The position numbers were made by a program, and so were the translations under genes. From NCBI GenBank assembly GCA_027451365.1, contig DAIDJN010000011.1, forward strand, positions 1 through 64,000: a stretch of DNA of 64,000 bases, read 5' to 3'. This DNA comes from Phycisphaerales bacterium (lineage in GTDB: Bacteria; Planctomycetota; Phycisphaerae; WQYP01). Below are positions 20,649-30,112 of this stretch, in pieces. The notes beneath the pieces are model-generated. The model worked only from the letters and a program-made list of their open reading frames with translations. It was not told the origin of the DNA and did not search any database. The stretch's first letter is position 1, and the number at the start of each line of letters is the position of its first letter.

Positions 20649-21524
20649 TCATTCAGCGAGCCGCTTCCCAATCCTGCTTCGCAACGCCAAGCCGATTCCT
20701 CCAGCCAATGCGCCCGCCAGCAGCAGTCCAAAAGACGCAGGCACCGGCACGGCTGCGCCCGCCGGGGCGGTCAGAACGGGGCTATTAATGTAAAAGTTGT
20801 TCCCGTCACCCGAGCCAGCGTTCAGGTCTACCGCTTGAAATCCAGCAATACTTCCCGAAAATGTACCGGTGAGAGTGGTTGTTGTCGCAGACGATCCGAT
20901 TGGCGTAATTGCAAGCGAATAGGCCGTGGCGGAGGTGAGCGTGTACGTCAAATTCAGACCAAAGTAGGTAAATCCAACGCCCGTTGAGGCACCGGAAATG
21001 GTTGCGTCCGAATAGAAATAGTCGCTCGCGCCACCGTTGAAGCCGAAAGTCAGGATGCTGCTGCCCGTACTGGAAACCAACGTCACGTAATCTGAACCAA
21101 GTGTATCAACATCGCCGTTGTCAAAAGCGATGGAAAATGAGTCCCCAACCTGCATCGCCCCGGCCGAAAAAGTTCGCGAGGCAGTGGCTGATGCGCCACT
21201 ATTGGCGTAAAGCCCCCAGGATTTGCTCGGGGTGCCAGTGTCAATGTCGCTGGTATCGCCGGCGGGCAGCGAATTCCCGTTATCGTTTACGGTCGATGAC
21301 CCAATGAAAAAGCCGGAGCTGCTCGACCCGGTCAGGGTCCATGCCGAATAACCAGTGCCACCGGTGCTTCCGTTTGTCCAGCTTGTGTAATTGGAAGCAG
21401 CATCCGAAGCTATCACGCCGGCCTGACAACTGGCAGCACCGAGTAGTGCAGCCATCGCCGCCAGCGGCATCAATCGACCGGATAAGCCAGAAATTCCAAA
21501 CTGATTTACTAAGTTCTTGATCAT
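20649..21524 (-). CDS. PEP-CTERM-like (VPVPA variant) surface protein (paralog 1)
   Basis: Signal peptide; SDAASNY.SWTNG..GGTGYSAW..IDTGTPSKSWGLYAN; VPVPASFGLLL TM + basic tail. Confidence 0.83.
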   Translation of the reverse strand: MIKNLVNQFGISGLSGRLMPLAAMAALLGAASCQAGVIASDAASNYTSWTNGSTGGTGYSAWTLTGSSSSGFFIGSSTVNDNGNSLPAGDTSDIDTGTPSKSWGLYANSGASATASRTFSAGAMQVGDSFSIAFDNGDVDTLGSDYVTLVSSTGSSILTFGFNGGASDYFYSDATISGASTGVGFTYFGLNLTYTLTSATAYSLAITPIGSSATTTTLTGTFSGSIAGFQAVDLNAGSGDGNNFYINSPVLTAPAGAAVPVPASFGLLLAGALAGGIGLALRSRIGKRLAE

Positions 21525-21684
21525 AAAGAAGGTCTCCCTAAAAAGGTGTAAAAAAAACAGATATCATGAAATCCGCAGCGGCGAAAGAATTAATCCCTCA
21601 TCATCCGTGCAGGCTTCCAACCAATACTTCGGGGCGACAGGTCGTTCCAAATCGCTCCCGGCTTGCCGCCCGTTTCCGGCATTT

Positions 21685-21700
21685 AGTGAACCGGTTAATC
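21685..21700. promoter_or_regulatory. Putative LacI-family operator
   Basis: AGTGAACCGGTTAATC matches the core TnAACCGGTTnA. Confidence 0.6.
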
Positions 21701-21914
21701 GAGCGGGCAAAAAAAAACACTCTCGCAACATTCTGCCATCCGCATAGGCACCGGGCAGACATCACTCTGTTGAACGAATGGCAAGACTTCGCGCAAAACA
21801 CGTAAAATCAAGCTATTTTTCACTACTTCGCCACCGAATCAGCAACTAGCGACTCTTGGCTAACCAAATTCTCACCGCATCACCGGCAGGTGAAAACAGA
21901 ACCAGTTGCGAAGT

Positions 21915-21966
21915 AATATAAAACATAAAATCCACCTTGTCAAGGAAAAAATTGTACCGGTTCAAT
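21915..21966 (-). promoter_or_regulatory. Sigma70 promoter (left arm) with adjacent operator
   Basis: Minus strand TTGACA (21938-21943)-N17-TATATT (21915-21920); near-palindrome ATTGTACCGGTTCAAT at 21951-21966. Confidence 0.7.
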
Positions 21967-22076
21967 AATCTGCACCACCCGCATCCGATTGCCGCGGCAT
22001 TATGCGCCCTTCTAACATTTATCGACGGCGGCACTTTCCGAATCGCGATTTTTAAACGTAACCCTTATGCGACAGC

Positions 22077-22112
22077 TTGACATTGTTCAATCATATAGTA
22101 AACTGGTTAACA
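22077..22112 (+). promoter_or_regulatory. Sigma70 promoter of the lacI-family gene with overlapping operator
   Basis: TTGACA (22077-22082)-N16-TAAACT (22099-22104); operator-like AGTAAACTGGTTAACA at 22097-22112. Confidence 0.6.
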
Positions 22113-22373
22113 ATTGCTAACCGGACAGGTGGTCCGCACCGTCGCTACCCATTTCAGGTCGCGAAGGCTCTCCGGCATAACCATTGCCGGTTCAGCGATG
22201 CAGTGCTGCACTTTAGTTTGGCGAATGAAACGACATTCACTGAACCTGAAGTGTCCGCAAGCTTCCGCACTTTGCGGTATGTATATCGTTGTATTGGCAA
22301 CATGGGAATCCTTGCTGTGGCCGCAAAACCTAAAATTAGCAAACGGCCAGACCCGCCCGCTGGCGATCTGGCA

Positions 22374-23483
22374 ATGCACGATATTGATGCGGTTTCGCCG
22401 CGAAACGTAACCGTCCGTTTTGATGCCCCCCTGCCCGACGACAAACCCCTGGAAAAGGTGAATATTCGGGATGTGGCCCGCGAAGCTGGTGTTTCAGTCG
22501 CCACCGTTTCCATGGTGCTGAACGACAACCCGCGCATCAGTCGTGGCACACAGGTCCGTGTTCAGAAAATGATTGAACGCCTCGGTTATCGCCCCAACCG
22601 GCTTGCCCAGGGGCTTTCAAGCAAATACACGCAGGTGCTGGCCGTTATGCTGCCGCCGCTGCGTCACGCCCTGGCGGATGCCTATTTTGGTGAAATTATC
22701 AGCGGCATAGTTGATCGTGCCGGCAAGCTCGGCCATAAAATGATGATCGAACAGGCCAAACCACAATTCATAAAAGAAGGTAAACACCTTGAACTTTATG
22801 AACGTCGGTTCGTGGACGGTATCTTGTGCCTCGGCTTTAATGAAAAGCATACGTTCCTTGCGGACCTTGCCGGCCCGCAGTATCCCATGATTCTGGTGGA
22901 CAACCGATTTGGCGACCAATTACTGGATTGCGTCCATTGTGATTACCGCCTTGGTGCCGAACAGGCGATGAACTGCCTGCTGCAACTCGGCCACCGCACC
23001 ATCGGCATGATTTATGCCGCACCAGAAAGTCCCACTTCACGTGATGTGATGGACGTCTACAAAACCCGCCTGGTCGAGGCTGGCACCGCCCCCGCGGATT
23101 CCTGGATGGCCGATGGAATGTTTACCGATGAAGGTGGCGCCGCGGCCGCGCAGGAACTCATCACCCGGCATCCAAACATTACGGCGATCCTCTGCGGAAA
23201 TGACAAAATGGCGCTTGGCGCGATCCGCTCCCTTACGCTGCACGGATATCAGGTACCACGCGATGTTTCCATCATCGGCTTTGATGATCTGCAACATCTG
23301 GCGTTCAGCAATCCCAGCCTTACCACCGTCCATCTGCCGCTATACGAACTTGGTGTGCTGGCCTGCGAACGGCTGATCGAAAAAGTGCGCGGCAAAGTGG
23401 AACGGGTTGCCGAAGTGCTGCCCACCCATCTGGTGCTGCGCGAATCCACCAGTATGGCGAGGCGTCTGGCCGACGCGCGCTAA
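22374..23483 (+). CDS. LacI-family transcriptional regulator
   Basis: VNIRDVAREAGVSVATVSMVLN HTH, LGYRPNRLAQGL hinge and VPRDVSIIGFDD..PSLTTV. Start uncertain (22302, 22374 or a later GTG). Confidence 0.93.
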   Translation: MHDIDAVSPRNVTVRFDAPLPDDKPLEKVNIRDVAREAGVSVATVSMVLNDNPRISRGTQVRVQKMIERLGYRPNRLAQGLSSKYTQVLAVMLPPLRHALADAYFGEIISGIVDRAGKLGHKMMIEQAKPQFIKEGKHLELYERRFVDGILCLGFNEKHTFLADLAGPQYPMILVDNRFGDQLLDCVHCDYRLGAEQAMNCLLQLGHRTIGMIYAAPESPTSRDVMDVYKTRLVEAGTAPADSWMADGMFTDEGGAAAAQELITRHPNITAILCGNDKMALGAIRSLTLHGYQVPRDVSIIGFDDLQHLAFSNPSLTTVHLPLYELGVLACERLIEKVRGKVERVAEVLPTHLVLRESTSMARRLADAR

Positions 23484-23631
23484 GACAACCTGGCGAATTG
23501 CGGGCGGCAACGTTTATCGGGTTTGAGTTTTCACGACCGAATCCAATAATAGACTCACGACATACTTCATGATTGCTTTTGGCTTTTCACGGCACCAGCC
23601 AGCCGTAACTTTTTATTTGGAATAACATACC

Positions 23632-26286
23632 ATGTTGCCGATGATGACACCCCAACGATGCTGGCGATTCACGATCGCATCAGCCCTTCTGATTGCCGCT
23701 ATTCATGCAGGCGTGCTCGCATCCATATCAGCCAAAGCCGGCGCGGCACCGGTCACGGCCGCCGATCCGGTTGGCCATCTGGCAAAAATTGCCGCGAGGG
23801 TGGCCCATACCTTCCGCTATCAGGTACCGGCCAATTCACCGGCCCCTTCCCGCGTGAACCTAGCCGGAGATTTCAATAATTGGTCGCCCACCGCGACCCC
23901 CATGACGCCCGCAGGCGCCAAATCGCCCGGAGAATGGTCCGTGACAATCCGCCTTACACCGGGATTGCACCATTACAAATTTGTTCTTGATGGCAACCAC
24001 TGGATTCCTGATCCAGCCGCGGAACTGCGGTTTTCGCAAGAGGATGGCAATGGCGGCCAGAATTCTGGAATACGCATCCGGTCTGTCTGGCAGCGTATGC
24101 CCTCGCCAGCGCCCAATCTGGTGGCCATCCACAGGATCGCCTTTTCCACCCACTCCATTGATCAATGCGATGTGGTTACGCCAGATACGCTGCGTTTGAC
24201 ACTGCTGGCGCAGACCGGGTCGTTGACACATGTTGCCGCGCTCATAAAAGTAAACCGCCACAAGTGGAAAACAGTGCGGTTGTACTCGGAATCAATGGAT
24301 CGCGATGCGACATCATGGGGAAACATCGCACGTGTACGCGGACCCGAGGCGCGCTATTGCTTTTCGTTGACCAATGGCCGACAGACCCTGTTCCTGGCCG
24401 ACGGAGATTTTTACACCACGCCGATCGCGGCCGAGGCTCATGCCTACGCCATTGCCATGCGGCCCGCAGTGGTCACGCCCGGTTGGGCAAAAAGGGCGGT
24501 CTGGTATGAAATATTTCCCGAACGTTTTGCCAATGGCAGCAAGGCCAATGACCCCGCCCATCACATTCCGTGGCGCTGGTCATGGTTTAAACCGTATCAA
24601 CCGGCCGGCGAAAAAGGAAACTTCTATACTTATGTATACAATAGATTTTATGGTGGAGACATTCAGGGAATCAGCCAGAAACTCAACTATCTGCGAAAAC
24701 TGGGCGTTACGGCGCTCTATCTGACACCCATTTTTGAATCCCCGTCAATCCACAAATATGATCCATCAGATTTTCGCCATGTCGATGACGGCTTCGGCGT
24801 AAAAAATTCGATCGATTTGCTGAAGGGGGAAAAAATACGCGATCCCAAAACCTGGCAATGGTCCGCGTCCGATAAAATATTTCTGCACTTTATCCGTCAG
24901 GCCCACAAGCGGGGATTCAAAGTCATTATTGATGTCCCGTTCGGTCATTGCGGTGTTGGCTTCGGCCCATTTCAAAGTGTTTTAAAACTAGGGAAAAAAT
25001 CTCCCTATGCCGGCTGGTTTGACATTCTTAAATGGGGACCACCCGTCGTCTACCAGGGCTGGGGACAGGTCGGTGGCAATATGCCCATGTTTCGACATTA
25101 TCCCGGCAGCGGACTGGCACCCGGCTATTGCCGCTATCTGTTCGCCATTACACGGCGCTGGATGGCACCCAACGGAAAAGTCGCTGATGGCATTGATGGC
25201 TGGCGGCTGGACACCGCACCGGATGTTCCGCATTCATTCTGGATCGCCTGGCGAAAAGTGGTCAAAGCCATCAACCCTAAAGCCGTTATTATCGGCGAAA
25301 TATGGACGCCATCGCAGGCGTGGCTCAACCGTGGGAATCAGTTTGACGCCGTCATGAATTACCCGTTCGCGACACTCTGTACACAATTTTTCGCCGCCAA
25401 TCGGCGCGCCGGCGGCATTGGCATCGGGCCAAAGAGGTTCGGTGCTGCCCTGGCCAACATGCTAAACTGGTATCCGTGGCAGGTGGATTTAACCCAGCAG
25501 AATCTCATTGATAGCCACGATACTGATCGATTTGTCTCGCGGCTTGTCAACATGAATCTTCCATTTAATGCAGATGACCACCTCCAGAATGGCGACCATT
25601 ACAGCAGCGCCAAACCGACCGCCGAGGACTATACCCGTTTTAAACAGGTGGTGGCATTTCAGATGACGTTCCCCGGCGCGCCCATGGTCTGGTATGGCGA
25701 TGAGGTCGGTATGTGGGGTGCCACCGACCCGTCAGATCGCCAGCCGATGCTCTGGAAGAAGCTCATGCCCTACAACGACCCGCAACTGACCATCAACAGA
25801 TCGCTTCTGCATTTTTACCGCCGCGCCATCGCGGCCCGCCGACTGCTTCCGCCGCTGGAGATCGGTTCTTATGGCCAGCTTCTGGCGTTCGACCGCCGCG
25901 ACGTTTTCGCCTTTTTTCGCACCATCCGGCATCAGCACGTGTATGTAGTGCTGAACCGGAGCAGCCAGCGACGGATCGTCAATCTGCCCCTGTTTCCCGC
26001 GGACTGCAATCACCATTTATTCGATTATCTCTCGCAACTGGATTTTCACCTGAAAATGCCGGCACATCAAAAAGGGGGTGGCTGGACTCGGCCAGTTCTT
26101 ATCTTGCGCCATCGCGCAACCGGGAAGATCAGCCCCGGACCGGTTCTGACGTTGACGCTGAATCCGTGGCAAACCATGATTTTGGCCCGGAAGTCCGTTG
26201 AATCCACCACCGGCCTCCAGACTGCGAACAACACCGGCAAACCCTCGGCGGGTAACCATGTCATGGAGAGCCGATTGCAGAGATAG
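23632..26286 (+). CDS. Exported GH13 neopullulanase/cyclomaltodextrinase-like enzyme with N-terminal CBM48-like domain
   Basis: Signal peptide; LAGDFNNW..YKFVLDGNHWIPDP (CBM48/AMPK-like); WYEIFPERFANG, GGDIQG, DGWRLD, IGEIW, DSHD and YGDEVGM. Confidence 0.9.
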   Translation: MLPMMTPQRCWRFTIASALLIAAIHAGVLASISAKAGAAPVTAADPVGHLAKIAARVAHTFRYQVPANSPAPSRVNLAGDFNNWSPTATPMTPAGAKSPGEWSVTIRLTPGLHHYKFVLDGNHWIPDPAAELRFSQEDGNGGQNSGIRIRSVWQRMPSPAPNLVAIHRIAFSTHSIDQCDVVTPDTLRLTLLAQTGSLTHVAALIKVNRHKWKTVRLYSESMDRDATSWGNIARVRGPEARYCFSLTNGRQTLFLADGDFYTTPIAAEAHAYAIAMRPAVVTPGWAKRAVWYEIFPERFANGSKANDPAHHIPWRWSWFKPYQPAGEKGNFYTYVYNRFYGGDIQGISQKLNYLRKLGVTALYLTPIFESPSIHKYDPSDFRHVDDGFGVKNSIDLLKGEKIRDPKTWQWSASDKIFLHFIRQAHKRGFKVIIDVPFGHCGVGFGPFQSVLKLGKKSPYAGWFDILKWGPPVVYQGWGQVGGNMPMFRHYPGSGLAPGYCRYLFAITRRWMAPNGKVADGIDGWRLDTAPDVPHSFWIAWRKVVKAINPKAVIIGEIWTPSQAWLNRGNQFDAVMNYPFATLCTQFFAANRRAGGIGIGPKRFGAALANMLNWYPWQVDLTQQNLIDSHDTDRFVSRLVNMNLPFNADDHLQNGDHYSSAKPTAEDYTRFKQVVAFQMTFPGAPMVWYGDEVGMWGATDPSDRQPMLWKKLMPYNDPQLTINRSLLHFYRRAIAARRLLPPLEIGSYGQLLAFDRRDVFAFFRTIRHQHVYVVLNRSSQRRIVNLPLFPADCNHHLFDYLSQLDFHLKMPAHQKGGGWTRPVLILRHRATGKISPGPVLTLTLNPWQTMILARKSVESTTGLQTANNTGKPSAGNHVMESRLQR

Positions 26287-26380
26287 CGTTTATCGGCACA
26301 CCACTGAATTGATATGTGCGGCAAACCGTGGTTTGGTCTAAAATGAGCAGCCTTAAGTTTTAACTCTGGCCGGAGTTCTG

Positions 26381-28987
26381 GTGATGTCGCTCTCCAATCC
26401 GCTGCTGATCAAGCCGATTCTTACCTTAGGCATCGCGTTTCTGTTTTTTATGCTGATCGCCGCGGTCTGGCATTTGGCAAAAATTCTTGCCGGAAAGCTT
26501 TTCGCCCGGATTGGCGCTAACAAAAACAAAGCTCTTTCAGCCGGCGTGCTGCCCGCGGCCTGGCGGCGGTTCAGCCGTGGATGTTCGTGGACGCTGGTGA
26601 TCCTGACCATCGCGGTTGTCACTTGGTCGTTTTTTCGGGTCGGCATGGAGGCCCTTGGCGGATACAGGCAAGGCCGCTCCGTCATTACGCTGCGCATTCT
26701 GCATTGGGGATCTCCTTCGGAAGATCGCATAGTCCGCAGGCTGATTCAGAATTTTGAAGCCCACCACCCCCATGTGAGGGTTCAGGACATCAACGATTCC
26801 GGCGACTACCCGGCAAAACTCAAGACCATGTTCGCCGCCGGAGCGCCACCGGATCTGTTCTATATGCCGGGCAGCAGTTTTTTGCGATTGGCGCGCGACG
26901 GCCTTCTGCTTAATTTGACTCCGCTGATTGCCCGGCAGCGCGCGAAGGGACATTTTTTATGGCTGGGCGACATGTACCCGGCACTGCGCAAGGCTTATGA
27001 ATTCAATGGTCGTACAGTCGGGTCTGGAAATCTTTACGGGCTGCCAAAAGACTGCTCATCCATGGTGTTTTATGTGAATATAAATCTTTTCCACAGAGCA
27101 CATCTGCCCATCCCATGGCACGGGTGGACCTGGCATACTTTCCACCAGGACGCCCGAATCATCTCCAAATTGCCCGCCGATTCCAATGGTCCATTTTACG
27201 GGGCGGTTATCAACACCGCCCCGCTGGAATTTCAGAATATCATCTGGTCATTTGGCGGACATTTTTTTTATCATGCAAATTGCCGCCGACCCGCGTTGGA
27301 CTCGCCGGCCGCACAGGCCGCGATGAATTTGGTTTATACGATGCGTTTCAAGGATCACAGTGCGTTTAATGCCACAGGAATCGCGCATCACGGAAGCGAG
27401 GAATTCTATCGTGGTCAGGTTGGCGCCATTGGCCCGCAGGGACGCTGGACCACCGTTCCTTATCGGTACATTCGGAATTTTAAATGGGACGTTGTGCCCG
27501 TGCCCCACGGAGCCAGAAACATTTCCAGCATAACCACAGTGGCCTGGTCGATTGCGGCGGCCACCCACCATCCGCGCCATTCCGTGGAACTGCTACGCTT
27601 TCTATGCGGACCACGTGGCCAGTCGATTCAAGCCAAACTGGGCCTTTCCATTCCCTCCCTCGAATCCGTCGCACATTCCACGGCGTTTCTCGTTCCCGGC
27701 CAGATTCCGGCACACTCCCAGTTATTCCTGACCGCTCTGGCACATGGCAGATTGCCTCGAGCCTTTGCGCATCATGCGGAATTTCGCTCCATTCTTCAAC
27801 AGGAAATCACTGCCGCCCTTCGGCTGGGCATCAAGAGTCCGCTGGCCGCCGCGCATGCGATCACGCGGCGTTGGAAGGCGCTGCGGGACGCCTCACGGAA
27901 TCAATCAGATCATCCCCCGATGCCCTGGCGATTTCTGGCCATTGTCACCACCATGGCACTTGCACTGCCTCTTATTTGGTGGCTGTGGCGTATCCTGAGA
28001 ACCGATGCCAAATACGCGAGAAATAGAATCGGCGTGCTGTTTATCTCTCCCTGGCTGATAGGATTTTGCGCACTTACCGCCGGCCCCATGACCCTTTCCC
28101 TTTATCTTTCGCTCACCCACTGGACGGCCATTCAACCGCTGGCGGACGCCCGGTTCACCGGGCTGCGGAACTATCATGATATACTTCTGGCGGATCATAA
28201 TGTTTTTCACGCTTTGTGGCTGACCCTGCTGTACGTGGTCCTGTTAATTCCCCTTGGCCAAGGCCTGGGGCTGGCACTGGCCATTCTGGTCAATACGCGC
28301 ACCGCGGGCATTCGATTTTTCCGAACCGCCTTTTTTCTTCCATCTGTTGTCAGCGGTGTGGCCATGGCCACGCTTTGGCTTGGCATGTTCAATGCGGATT
28401 ACGGCCTGGTGAATGCGGTGCTTGCGCCGGTCCTCAATTTACCATCCAGTTTGCTTGGCTTTCTGGCCGGCCTGCCAGGGTTGCAGCAGCCATTCGCCTC
28501 ATGGTCCGCGGCGGTCCATGTGGCCCCGCCAGACTGGTTCGGCCTGGATGCACGCCATTGGGCGGTTCCCGGTTTTGTGCTGATGGGATTATGGGGCATT
28601 GGCAGTGCCATGATTATTTATCTGGCCGGCCTGAAGGCCATCCCCGAATCTTTTCACGAATCTGCCCGCGTGGATGGTGCCGGCGCATTTCGGCGCTTCT
28701 GGCACATTACACTTCCAATGCTTTCTCCTCTTGTTTTTTTCAATGTCGTCATGGCCATGATCGGCTCTTTCCAGATATTCACCCAGGTGCAGGTCATGAC
28801 CAACGGAGGCCCGGACAAGGCCACCAATTTCTACGTCCTTTATCTTTATCATCAGGCGTTTGAGTATTACCACATGGGCTACGCCTCGGCTCTGGCGTGG
28901 CTGTTGTTTGCACTTCTGCTGACACTGACACTTCTATTATTCAGAGTGTCGCGCCGCTGGATTTATTACGAGGCATTCCGCGAATGA
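26381..28987 (+). CDS. Fused sugar ABC solute-binding protein + MalF-like permease
   Basis: N-terminal TMs, then a family-1 SBP (KLKTMFAAGAPPDLF, YGLPKD, WDVVPVP), then a permease with FISPWLIGF and the EAA loop ESARVDGAG..FWHITLP. Confidence 0.88.
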   Translation: MMSLSNPLLIKPILTLGIAFLFFMLIAAVWHLAKILAGKLFARIGANKNKALSAGVLPAAWRRFSRGCSWTLVILTIAVVTWSFFRVGMEALGGYRQGRSVITLRILHWGSPSEDRIVRRLIQNFEAHHPHVRVQDINDSGDYPAKLKTMFAAGAPPDLFYMPGSSFLRLARDGLLLNLTPLIARQRAKGHFLWLGDMYPALRKAYEFNGRTVGSGNLYGLPKDCSSMVFYVNINLFHRAHLPIPWHGWTWHTFHQDARIISKLPADSNGPFYGAVINTAPLEFQNIIWSFGGHFFYHANCRRPALDSPAAQAAMNLVYTMRFKDHSAFNATGIAHHGSEEFYRGQVGAIGPQGRWTTVPYRYIRNFKWDVVPVPHGARNISSITTVAWSIAAATHHPRHSVELLRFLCGPRGQSIQAKLGLSIPSLESVAHSTAFLVPGQIPAHSQLFLTALAHGRLPRAFAHHAEFRSILQQEITAALRLGIKSPLAAAHAITRRWKALRDASRNQSDHPPMPWRFLAIVTTMALALPLIWWLWRILRTDAKYARNRIGVLFISPWLIGFCALTAGPMTLSLYLSLTHWTAIQPLADARFTGLRNYHDILLADHNVFHALWLTLLYVVLLIPLGQGLGLALAILVNTRTAGIRFFRTAFFLPSVVSGVAMATLWLGMFNADYGLVNAVLAPVLNLPSSLLGFLAGLPGLQQPFASWSAAVHVAPPDWFGLDARHWAVPGFVLMGLWGIGSAMIIYLAGLKAIPESFHESARVDGAGAFRRFWHITLPMLSPLVFFNVVMAMIGSFQIFTQVQVMTNGGPDKATNFYVLYLYHQAFEYYHMGYASALAWLLFALLLTLTLLLFRVSRRWIYYEAFRE

Positions 28988-29949
28988 CACAGCCAAGCCC
29001 AATGCCGAAGATCCAAAACGCCCCCGCCCCACCGGTGGGAGCCCGCGTTCGTCGGTTCGCCCGATGGCTTCTGGCCCCGTATACAGATCTGCTGGACCTT
29101 CTTCAATACCGGCACGAGCGCAAATATTCGCGCGCACGCATGGCCCTGATCGCCGGATTGCTGTTGCTGGCGGGTACCGCCTTTATAGCCCCGTGGCTTT
29201 TTATGCTAAGCGGCAGTCTAAAAAGCGAACAGGCCATGCAGGCAGGCGGATTCAATCTATTTCCCCGCAATCTGCATTTGATGAATTATCCGCGAGCGCT
29301 CGTCCGGATGCACTTTATCAATGCCCTGGCCAACACTATTTTCGTTACGACTCTTTGCGTCCTGGGCCAGGTCATATCCAGTTCGCTGGTCGGCTTCGGT
29401 TTTGCCCGCCATCGCTTCTTTGGAAAAAATACACTGTTTGTCATCATGCTTTCCACGCTGATGCTGCCCGCCCAGGTTACCATCATTCCCGTCTTTCTTT
29501 TGTTCCGATCGCTTGGCTGGATTAATACGTTTCTTCCCCTGATAATTCCCGCCTGGCTCGCGTCGCCATTTTTTGTGTTCATGTTCCGCCAGTTCTTTGC
29601 CCAGATTCCGGAAGAACTTATTGAGGCCGCCCGAATGGATGGCTGCTCGGAATGGACAATCTATCTAAGGCTCATGCTGCCCCTGTCTGCGCCGGTGATC
29701 GCCATTACCGCCATCTTCAGCTTTCTGGGCGCCTGGAACGATTATTTTTCTCCGCTGATTTATCTTGATTCTCCACGGCGCTACACGCTGGCTCTGGCAC
29801 TGGCTGGGTTCAACGGGCAATATGGCGTCACACATCCACAATATCTGCTGGCGGCAAGCTGCGTCACCATGCTTCCCTGCCTGGTTCTTTTCTTCGCCGC
29901 GCAGCGCTATTTCGTGGAAAGCCAGACTTTTACCGGAATCAAAGGCTGA
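28984..29949 (+). CDS. Carbohydrate ABC permease (MalG-like)
   Basis: IPEELIEAARMDGCS EAA motif and WNDYFSPL; ATGA overlap with the upstream stop. Confidence 0.92.
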   Translation: MTQPSPMPKIQNAPAPPVGARVRRFARWLLAPYTDLLDLLQYRHERKYSRARMALIAGLLLLAGTAFIAPWLFMLSGSLKSEQAMQAGGFNLFPRNLHLMNYPRALVRMHFINALANTIFVTTLCVLGQVISSSLVGFGFARHRFFGKNTLFVIMLSTLMLPAQVTIIPVFLLFRSLGWINTFLPLIIPAWLASPFFVFMFRQFFAQIPEELIEAARMDGCSEWTIYLRLMLPLSAPVIAITAIFSFLGAWNDYFSPLIYLDSPRRYTLALALAGFNGQYGVTHPQYLLAASCVTMLPCLVLFFAAQRYFVESQTFTGIKG

Positions 29950-30112
29950 CCATTCCGGCAAACATCGGTAAAATCCATTCCGTTACGATAACCCGCACTC
30001 CAGCCGGAAAACAAGTCTCGACACCTCCATTTTCCAAATGGACAGTCCGTTGGGAACAGCTTACCAATCTCGCTCCAATCGCCTATAATTCAAAGGGACT
30101 TTTGGAGACTCA

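Noticed and set aside
20358..20987. 209-aa plus-strand ORF
   Set aside because: Overlaps the PEP-CTERM-like gene on the opposite strand; no motif or RBS.
22077..22373. Long N-terminal extension of LacI
   Set aside because: The TTG 'start' coincides with a -35 hexamer and the region holds promoter/operator motifs.
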